The notes under the pieces: model-generated
The model's database searches: none
The model's input: only the letters and a program-made list of their open reading frames with translations
What the model was told of the DNA's origin: nothing
Translations under genes and position numbers: made by a program
Assembly: GCA_964187785.1 (NCBI GenBank)
Contig: OZ076409.1
Location: 72,170,001-72,234,000 of the forward strand
DNA from: Amphiscolops sp. MND2022
Lineage: Eukaryota
Direction: 5' to 3'
DNA: 64,000 nucleotides
In this document: positions 54,301 through 64,000 of the stretch, piece by piece
Numbering within the stretch: the stretch's first letter is position 1
Layout: each line of letters begins with the position of its first letter

Positions 54301-57300
54301 GGGTCGGTCCCAGCCGGGGAACGTTAGGTAACTTATTGTAGTACTCAATGAGACGAGTTGGGGGATATAGTTTCAGTCAACCCCCGTTACCCCTTGGGAC
54401 CGGAAATGACCGTTATGTGGGTAAATTTGCAATTTTTATACTCTTTGAAGTGTATTTAGGTGCGGAAGGAGTGGTAATAGGTGCTTGGACACTATATGAT
54501 GTAATGGAGGTCGTGAGGAGAGCATTCGGAAATAACCGTTATGTTGACCCCAAAGTCCCCCTGGTACCGTTAACGACCGGAAATGGCCAAATTTTGTGTC
54601 TATTGGGTACAAATGTTTGGTATTTTATGGATAAAAGTACCTGGAAGGTGTTTTAAAGGCCTCCAGAAGTGAACATAGTCATGAAACCTTGTGGGGGGTA
54701 ACGGTATATAGCACCGGAAGTCCAAACCGTTGGTCACAGAATAGGTTTTTTGGTTTCAATATGTCTTTAGGCATAGTTTTGTGGGTTGAATCGTCATAAT
54801 ATCAACTAATACGGACTTTTTTCGGAAATAAAATTTTTTCACATTAGTTTCAGGGACCTCCAATGCTTCAGTCAAAATAACCGTTACATTTTGATAGCCT
54901 TTCAAGTTGACCTGGTGTCAACTTGGAAGGGCTATCCTTCTAAAATCGTTAATCAACAGTGTTTTTGGGTAGGTATATGTTGCATTAGTACCAATTAGAG
55001 CTTCATCAACAGTTTGCCAACGGCAAAAACGATGTCGTGATAATTCCGTTATAAAAATATTAGTTAACAAATTGTTTTCAAAGTTGATTTTTTCCATTAA
55101 AAATGTGTCCTAATGCCACCAAATTGAATAAAATAATAAATGGTATTGACTAAAACTAAATAACAATGAAAAAGAAGATCAACATTTTTATTAGGTCTCA
55201 TTATGGAAGCAGAAACCTCACGTTTTAACTTAATTAACGTCAACGCCACATACTTTACATCAACGCCCACCGTCTGTGGGCATGCCGAGGCATGCCCTTC
55301 GACGACGTATACCAAACAACCTCCATATCTACACCCACCCGCGGTAGCAGCTAGGTGCGGGGGGGAAACCCCAACAAAATTTTTGGAGGATTCGGGTAGG
55401 GTCCTGAATCCGATTTTAACTCTAATAGCTATCGATAGGAAATCTTGCAAAAATTTCGGGATCTCGTGATCTAACCATAGGATTTTAAAGTTGGAGCGGC
55501 CCCCACCAGATTTTCCAAAGTTATTCGCCCCCCACCGGGTTCCAGCGTGACTGAAATATTTTGACGGGGTACACGGGCGACCGTTAGGGGTCATTTTGGG
55601 GGTAAAATTTATAAAAGTTCGCATAACTTTTTTCCTGTTGGATTAAAACTTTGGGACCCTGCTAAAAGTTTCTTGACCGTGTTGCGGGGGCTCCGGAGGT
55701 CCAAACCAAATTTTTCTATCTTGAAGCTATCTCCAAGTACCCCCCCGCCCAAACCGTTATTTTTCCGGAAACGCAGGTTTTTGACCCGGAAGGAGTCGTC
55801 TGAGCGCGGGGTCGTTAGGTGATGTATTGGGGACGGCCTTGCGACGAAGCGGGGGATATATAGTTTGCCGACCCCAGTTTACCCCCCGCACGGGAAATGA
55901 CCGTTATATGAGCGGGAAAAATGCCCCCCTCCACGTTTTACCGCTATTTCCGGTGTGAAGGAGTGGGAGTAGCGCTTCGGGTGTTATATAACAAAAATAG
56001 GTTTAGACAAGGACCTATCGGAAACATGTAGTTTGGGACCCCCTGGACCAACCCGTTAGCGGGAAATGGGGCTTCCGCCTCCTTTTTTTACTGCTAAAAC
56101 CGTAAAATGGGCATTGAGGGGTAAATATCTCGTGAACGCGTGGAGCAATCGTGTCCATCACTACTACAAGGTTTCATACCCATGATATGGTGCCTTCAGG
56201 GGGGCAAACAGATTTCCGCTATCTATCACCGTTACCGACTTGGCCCCCCAGCCTAACCGCTATGTGACCGGAAATGTCACTTTTTGAGCCCAAAGGGTCG
56301 GTCTCAGCCAGGGAACGTTAGGTAACTTATTGTAGTACTCATTGAGACGAGTTGGGGGATATAGTTTCAGTCAACCCCCGTTACCCCTTGGGACCGGAAA
56401 TGACCGTTATGTGGGTAAATTTGCATTTTTTATACTCTTTGAAGTGCATTTATGTGCGGAATGAGTGGTAATAGGTGCTTGGACACTATATGAGGTAAGG
56501 GAGGACGTGAGGCGAGCATTCAAAAATAACCGTTATGTTGACCCCAAAGTCCCCCTGGTACCGGAAGTGACCGGAATTTGTCAAATTTTGTGTTTTTAGG
56601 GTACAAATGTTTAGTATTTTGTAGATAAAAGTATCTATTAGGTGTTTCGACGGTCTGCAATAGTGAACATAGTCATGAAACCTTGTGGGGGGTAACGGGG
56701 TATTTAGCACCGGAAGTCCAAACCGTTGGACACAGGATAGGTTTTTGGTTTGAAAATGTCTTTCGGCGTACTTTTGTCGACTATTATGGACTATTATTTA
56801 AAATTAAAGTTTTTCCATATAGTTTCAGAGACTCCGAAACCTCAACCAACATAACCGTTACATTTTGATAGCCTTTCAAGTTGGCCTGGTGTCAACTTGG
56901 AAGCGCTATCCTTCTGAAATCGTTAATCAAGAGTGTTTTTGGGTAGGTATATATTGCATTAGTACCAATTAGAGCTTCATCAACAGTGTATCAACGACAA
57001 AAACTATGCCGTCATGATTCCGTTATCAGAATCATAGTGAGCAAATTGTTGAAAAAAATGGTTTTTTCCATACAAAATGTGTCCTAAATGCCAGGAAACC
57101 TATTTACTTAAAAAATGGTATTGATTGGAATGTATGTAACAGATTTATAAAAGTTCAAATTGATTATTACGTTTCATTATGGAAACTGAAACGTAATATT
57201 TTAGTTTAATTAACGTCAACGCCACACACTTTACATCAACGCCCACCGTCTGTGGGCATGCCGAGGCATGCCCTTCGACGACGTATACCAAATACATACC

Positions 57301-60300
57301 CAAACGACGCCCGTACATCCCGGGCTAGGTGCGGGGGGGTAACCCCAACTTTTTTCTTGGAGGAATCGGGTAGGGTCCTGATTCCGAGCTTAGTGCCGCC
57401 AGCTATCGTTAAAAACCCATACCTTTTAAACCCGATCTCGGGAACTAACCACGCCCCTTCTTTAATTTTTTGGCCCCCACTCACTTTTTGAGAGTAGATC
57501 GCCCCCCACTGGGTTCCAAGTTGGGCAAAAATGGAGGTCATGGGTAACGGGGACCGTTAAGGGGTAACTCAGGGGGTAAAATTTATTTTTTGCGTCATAT
57601 CTTTTCCCCCCGTGGATTTAGCGCTTCCGGTCAGCAGACAAAACCTCATGTACGTGATAAGGGGCCTCCGTAGGTCCAAACAAAATTTTTCTATCATGCA
57701 CCGTTACGGACTTGCCCCCCCGGCCCAACCGTTATTTTGCCGGAAATTGCCTTTTTTGACAGGGAAGGAGTCGTCTGAGCACGGAGTCGTTTGGTAATGT
57801 TTTGTAGTGCATCTGGAGACGTGTTGGGGGACATGTAGTTTGCCGACCCCAGTTTACCCCTCGGACGGGAAATGACCGTTATGTGAGTTTTAAAAATGCC
57901 CCCCTTCAATTTTCCCCGCAATTTCCGGTGTGAAGGAGTGGGAGTAGGGTGTCGGGTGCCATATATCAAAAGTAGGTTTAGACAAGGACCAACCGGAAAC
58001 ATGTGGTTTCGGACCCCCTGACCCAACCCGTTAGCCGCTATTAGGGTGATCGCCTCCTTTTTTTGCTGTTAAAACCGGAAAACGGGCATTGAGGGGTAAA
58101 TATCTCGTGAACGCGTGGAGCAATCGTGTCCATCACTACTACAAGGTTTCATACCCATGATATGGTGCCTTCAGGGGGGCAAACAGATTACCGCTATCTA
58201 TCACCGTTACCGACTTGGCCCCCCAGCCTAACCGCTATGTGACCGGAAATTGCACTTTTTGAGCCCAAAGGGTCGATCCTAGCCGGGCAACGATAGGTAA
58301 CATATTGTAGTACTCATTGAGACGAGTTGGGGGATCTAGTTTCAGTCACCCCCGTTACCCCTTGAGACCGGAAATGACCGTTATGTGAGTAGAATTGCAA
58401 TTTTTATACCTTTTGAAGGGCATTTAGAAGCGGAAGGAATGGTAATAGGTGCTTGGACACTATATGATGTAATGGAGGTCGTGAGGAGAGCATTCGGAAG
58501 TAACCGTTACGTTGACCCCAAAGTCCCCCTGGTACCGTTAACAACCGGAAATGGCCAGATTTTGTGTTTGTAGGGTACAAATGTTTGGTATTTTATGGAT
58601 AAAAGTACCTGGAAGGTGTTTTAAAGGCCTCCAGAAGTGAACATAGTCAAGAAACTTTGTGGGGGGTAACGGTATATAGCACCGGAAGTCCAAACCGTTA
58701 GTTACAGAATAGGTTTTTTGGTTTCAAAATGTCTTTAGGCGTAGTTTTGTGGGTGGAATCGTCATAATATCAACTAATACGGACTTTTTTCGGAAATAAA
58801 ATTTTTTCACATTAGTTTCAGGGACCTCCAATGTTTCAGTCAACATAACCGTTACATTTTGATAGCCTTTCAAGTTGGCCTGGTGTCAACTTGGAAGGGC
58901 TATCCTTCTAAAATCGTTAATCAAGAGTGTTTTTGGGTAGGTATATGTTGCATTAGTACCAATTAGAGCTTCATCAACAGTTTGCCAACGGCAAAAACGA
59001 TGTCGTGATAATTCCGTTATAAGAATATTAATTAACAAATTGTTTACAAAGTTGATTTTTTTCATTTAAAATGTGTCCTAATGCCACCAAATTGAATAAA
59101 ATAATAAATGGTATTGACTAAAACTACATAACATTGAAAAAGAACATCAACATTTTTATTAGGTCTCATTATGGAAGCTGAAACCTCACGTTTTAACTTG
59201 ATTAACGTCAACGCCACATACTTTACATCAACGCCCACCGTCTGTGGGCATGCCGAGGCATGCCCTTCGACGACGTATACCAAACAATCTCCATATCTAC
59301 ACCCGATTGCGGTAGCAGCTAGGTGCGGGGGGGAAACCCCAACAAAATATTTGGAGGATTCGGGTAGGGTCCTGAATCCGAGTTCAGTGCTGCCAGCTTT
59401 CGTTAAGAAAATTTGGATAGGATTCGGGATCTCGTGATCTAACCATAGGATTTTAAAGTTGGAGCGGCCCCCACCAGATTTTCCGAAAATTAGCGCCCCC
59501 CACCGGGTTCCATACCCCGGAAAATTTTTTTCTGGCCACACGGGCGACCGTTAGGGGGTCATTTTAGGGGTAAAATTCATATTGGGCCACATAACTTTTT
59601 TTCTGTTGATTTAAAACTTTGGGACCCTGCTAAAAGTTTCTTGGCCGTGTTGCAGGGGCCCCGGAGGTCCAAACCAAATTTTTCTATCTTGAAGCTATCT
59701 CCAAGTACCCCCCCGCCCAAAACGTTATTTTTCCGGAAACGCAGGTTTTTGACCCGGAAGGAGTCGTCGGAGCGCGGGGTCGTTAGGTGATGTATTGGGG
59801 ACGGCCTTGAGACGAAGTGGGGGACATGCAGTTTGCCAACCCCAGTTTACCCCCCGGACGGGAAATGACCGTTATATGAGCGGGAAAAATGCCCCCCTCC
59901 ACGTTTTACCGCTATTTCCGGTGTGAAGGAGTGGGAGTAGCGCGTCGGGTGCCATATATCAAAAGTAGGTTTAAACAAGGAACTATCGGAAACATGTGGT
60001 TTGGGACCCCCTGGACCAACCCGTTAGCAGGAAATGGGGCTTCCGCCTCCTTTTTTTACGGTTAAAACCGGAAAATGGGCATTGAGGGGTAAATATCTCG
60101 TGAACGCGTGGAGCTACGGTGTCCATCACTACTACAAGGTTTCATACCCATGATATGGTGCCTTCAGGGGGGCAAACAGATTTCCGCTATCTATCACCGT
60201 TACCGACTTGGCCCCCCAGCCTAACCGCTATGTGACCGGAAATGTCACTTTTTGAGCCCAAAGGGTCGGTCCCAGCCGGGGAACGTTAGGTAACTTATTG

Positions 60301-61297
60301 TAGTACTCAATGAGACGAGTTGGGGGACATAGTTTCAGTCACCCCCCGTTACCCCTTGTGACCGGAAATGACCGTTATGTGGGTAAATTTGCAAGTTTTA
60401 TACTTTTTCAAGTGTATTTATTTGCGGAAGGAGTGGTAATAGGTGCTTGGACACTATATGATGATGGGGAGGACGTGAGGCGAGCATTCGAAAATAACCG
60501 TTATGTTGACCCCAAAGTCCCCCTGGTACCGGAAGAGACCGGAAATTGTCAAATTTTGTGTTTTTAGGGTACAAATGTTTGGTGTTTTATGGATTAAAGT
60601 ACAGGTTAGGTGTTTTCACGGTCTGCAGTAGTGAACATAGTTATGAAACCTTGTGGGGGGTTACGGTATATAGCACCGGAAGTCCAAAACGTTGGAGACA
60701 GGTTAGGTTTTTTGGTTTTAAAATGTCTTTCAGCGTACTTTTGTCCACTATTATGAACTATTTTTAAAAATTAAAGTTTTTCCATATAGTTTCAGAGACT
60801 CTCAAACCTCAACCAACATAACCGTTACATTTTGATAGCCTTTCAAGTTGGCCTGGTGTCAACTTGGAAGGGCTATCCTTCAAAAATCATTAATCAAGTG
60901 TGTTTTTGAGTATGTTTGTTTTACTTTAGAATCAATTAGAGCTTCAAGAAAAGTTTGCCAACGGTAAAAACTATGTCGTGATGATTCCGTTATTAGAATA
61001 ATAGTTAACAAAATATTGATAAAGTTGATTTTTTACATTTCAAATGTGTCCTAAATGCCAGAAAACCTCTTTACCAAACAAATGGTATTGATTGAATTGT
61101 ATATTACAGCTAATAAAAGTTCAAATTGAATATTAGGTTTCATTATGGAAGCTGAAATGTCATATTATAGTTTCATTAACGTCAACGCCACATACTTTAC
61201 ATCAACGCCCACCGTCTGTGGGCATGCCGAGGCATGCCCTTCGACGACGTATGCCAAATTCCTCCAACACAACACCCTCGAGCGCGGTAGCAGCTAG
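51392..61297 (+). repeat. Five family B units (51392-53361, 53362-55354, 55355-57328, 57329-59322, 59323-61297)
   Basis: Start GTGCGGGGGGG. The GC-richer body is not alignable by eye to A, but the terminal arm and type I hairpin are shared; lengths 1970-1994 bp. Confidence 0.93.
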
Positions 61298-63860
61298 GTG
61301 GCCGTGTCTTTTCGACGTGCTTTTGCATTGAGGAGTGGGTAGGGCCCCGCGACGACCTAGAAGAATTGGATGCTCACCGAAACGTGCAGAATTCTACGAG
61401 ATCTCATAGTTTGAGCCATACGATTTTTCTGAAATTTGGCATGTGGCCTGGAATTGGTGAGTAGGTAAAACGTGTAGAAGGTAATTTTTCCCAAATTCCA
61501 CTGTGAGAGGAGATATGGGCAAATAACGGACCCAAAAATGGGGAAAATGCACATTTTTCAAGTTTGTCAGCCAATATCTCTTTTCCAGGTGCCCGTAGCG
61601 TTCCGCACGTGGACATCAATATTGCTCAGCGCTGTTGGAGGAGTGCGTGGACAAATTTTGGTTTAAATCGGACTTAAACTTGACGAGAAATTAACGGTTT
61701 TTTGGGCGTTTCCGGGGTAAATTTTTTAACGGTCCAGCTTATCTTTGCCATTTTTTCGAAAATGTACATGCCTAAAGGCCTCCCCCTGGCCGAATATACT
61801 CCCAGCAAACCCATTTGGCCCTAAATACGGAGTTTCAGCGTTCCAGCATTCCGGGGCGGAAAGTTGTGGGACTTGGAAAAATTTCAAAATTTTTTCAAAA
61901 TTTTTTTTTCCCGTTTTCCGGGCCCCCAATGAAGGGGAACGACCCCCCAACCAGTATTTTGAGTGAATTCATGTGGAACGCCCATGTTTGGAGGAGAAAA
62001 ATGCCGTTTAGCACATCTTTTTTATCTTAACTTGACATTGACTTATTTCGTTTTGAATGTGATGTTAGGATATATGAAGCATGTTAAAAGTTGAAGTTTT
62101 GAGTCTTTATCTCATCGGAAAACCATTGAGATACAAGCAGTTTTGCTAAAAACGATTTTCATTGTAGGTTAGCAGAGTATTAGTACACTTTGATGTCATT
62201 TGAGTATATTTTTCTTCTATATAATAACTGTTTTTATGTATTTATTCCAATTTATCTCATCTTTTAACATCAAGCAGTTGAGTACATTTCATCTCCCTTT
62301 CGGGGGAGATGAGAATGTACTCGCTAAAAACCTAATGCTATGGCGCCAATGTTTGGATGGGAAGTTTTCTATGCTTTGAAAAAAGTTATTTTTAATTACT
62401 TGATTTTTTAAAACAATAATTAACATGAAGTACATTACTTGCTCCTACTACTACCACCATACATCTCTAACGTCAACGCCCCCTGCTTGCATCAACGCCC
62501 CATCGTCCGTGGGCATGCCGAGGCATGCCCTTCGACGACGTATGCCAAATGCCCAGTGCCACGCAGTCTTTTCCCGCTAGGTGGCCGTGTCTTTTCGACG
62601 TGCTTTTGCATTGAGGAGTGGGTAGGGCCCCGCGACGACCTAGAAGAATTGGATGCTCACCGAAACGTGCAGAATTCTACGAGATCTCATAGTTTGAGCC
62701 ATACGATTTTTCTGAAATTTGGCATGTGGCCTGGAATTGGTGAGTAGGTAAAACGTGTAGAAGGTAATTTTTCCCAAATTCCACTGTGAGAGGAGATATG
62801 GGCAAATAACGGACCCAAAAATGGCAAAAATGCACATTTTTCAACTTTGTCAGCCAATATCTCTTTTCCAGGTGCCCATAGCGTTCCGCACGTGGACGTC
62901 AATATTGCTCAGCGCTGTTGGAGGAGTGCGTGGACAAATTTTGGTTTGAATCGGACTGAAACTTGACGAGAAATTAACGGTTTTTTGGGCGTTTCCGGGG
63001 TAAATTTTTTAACGGTCCAGCTTATCTTTGCCATTTTTTCGAAAATGTACATGCCTAAAGGCCTCCCCCTGGCCGAATTTACTCCCAGCAAACCCATTTG
63101 GCCCTAAATACGGAGTTTCAGCGTTCCAGCATTCCGGGGCGGAAAGTTGTGGGACTTGGAAAAATTTCAAAATTTTTTCAAAATTTTTTTTTCCCGTTTT
63201 CCGGGCCCCCAATGAAGGGGAACGACCCCCCAACCAGTATTTTGAGTGAATTCATGTGGAACGCCCATGTTTGGAGGAGAAAAATGCCGTTTAGCACATA
63301 TTTTTATCTTAACTTGACATTGACTTATGACGTTTTGAATGTGATGTTAGGATATATGAAGCATGTTAAAAGTTGAAGTTTTGAGTCTTTATCTCATCGG
63401 AAAACCATTGAGATACAAGCAGTTTTGCTAAAAACGATTTTCATTGTAGGTTAGCAGAGTATTAGTACACTTTGATGTCATTTGAGTATTTTTTTCTTCT
63501 ATATAATAACTGTTTTTATGTATTTATTCCAATTTATCTCATCTTTTAACATCAAGCAGTTGAGTACATTTCATCTCCCTTTCGGGGGAGATGAGAATGT
63601 ACTCGCTAAAAACCTAATGCTATGGCGCCAATGTTTGGATGGGAAGTTTTCTATGCTTTGAAAAAAGTTATTTTTAATTACTTGATTTTTTAAAACAATA
63701 ATTAACATGAAGTACATTACTTGCTCCTACTACTACCACCATACATCTCTAACGTCAACGCCCCCTGCTTGCATCAACGCCCACCGTCCGTGGGCATGCC
63801 GAGGCATGCCCTTCGACGACGTATGCCAAATGCCCAGTGCCACGCAGTCATTATCGCTAG
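61298..63860 (+). repeat. Two near-identical tandem family E units (61298-62580, 62581-63860)
   Basis: Direct duplicates at offset ~1283; type II hairpins 62280-62322 and 63562-63604. Confidence 0.93.
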
Positions 63861-64000
63861 GTGCGGGGGGGAAACCCCAACAAAATTTTTGGAGGATTCG
63901 GGTAGGGTCCTGAATCCGAGTTCAGTGCTGCCAGCTTTCGTTAAGAAAATTTGGATAGGATTCGGGATCTCGTGATCTAACCATAGGATTTTAAAGTTGG
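63861..64000 (+). repeat. Start of a family B unit, truncated by the window edge
   Basis: Matches 59323-59462 almost exactly. Confidence 0.9.

Larger units (their letters stand above)
1..64000 (+). mobile_element. Head-to-tail array of non-autonomous cassette-like elements (families A-F) joined at GCTAGGTG
   Basis: 30 junctions share GCTAGGTG; 29 are preceded by the same ~115-bp arm. Unit families are intermixed in one orientation. The array is seen directly; mobility is inferred. Confidence 0.6.

Noticed and set aside
2333..63811. CRISPR array (palindromic repeat with intervening sequence)
   Set aside because: Intervening segments are 1-4.8 kb and are themselves repeated families; no cas genes are present.
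326..63975. All ORFs in the supplied track (60-175 aa)
   Set aside because: They are short, recur only because the DNA is repeated, are broken by stops or frameshifts in sister copies, and show no recognisable domain (no HUH, recombinase, RT or transposase motifs).
1..64000. Pure assembly or amplification artefact
   Set aside because: Copies carry many distinct substitutions and switch partners at an 8-bp core too short to drive misassembly. It cannot be fully excluded without raw reads.

Overview
I see no credible protein-coding, rRNA or tRNA gene. The whole 64 kb is one head-to-tail array of non-coding units, all in the same orientation. It is AT-rich and gene-free, so probably eukaryotic, but I cannot name the organism. 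I located 30 junctions with the invariant 8-mer GCTAGGTG (first G at 2405, 4388, 6377, 11126, 13114, 15099, 16378, 18368, 20356, 22338, 24326, 29090, 30361, 31431, 32710, 34698, 36684, 38676, 40668, 42656, 47417, 49409, 51387, 53357, 55350, 57324, 59318, 61293, 62576, 63856). They delimit 29 complete and 2 partial units in six families (my labels): A 15x 1978-1992 bp; B 5x 1970-1994 bp plus a partial; C 3x 4749-4764 bp plus a partial; D 2x 1279 bp; E 3x 1271-1283 bp; F 1x 1070 bp. Order: C A A C A A D A A A A C E F D A A A A A C A A B B B B B E E B. Units end in a ~115-bp arm (CAACGCC-type repeats, the palindrome RGGCATGCCGAGGCATGCCY, often a GC hairpin, then CTAG). They begin with a covarying stem-loop around GGGTAGGGTCC and carry one of two long internal hairpins. 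Neighbours are reassorted at the 8-mer. My interpretation (inference) is a hetero-concatemer of size-constrained, non-autonomous cassettes or circles joined site-specifically by an enzyme encoded elsewhere. All coordinates and counts were read by eye; unit boundaries are placed after CTAG by convention.
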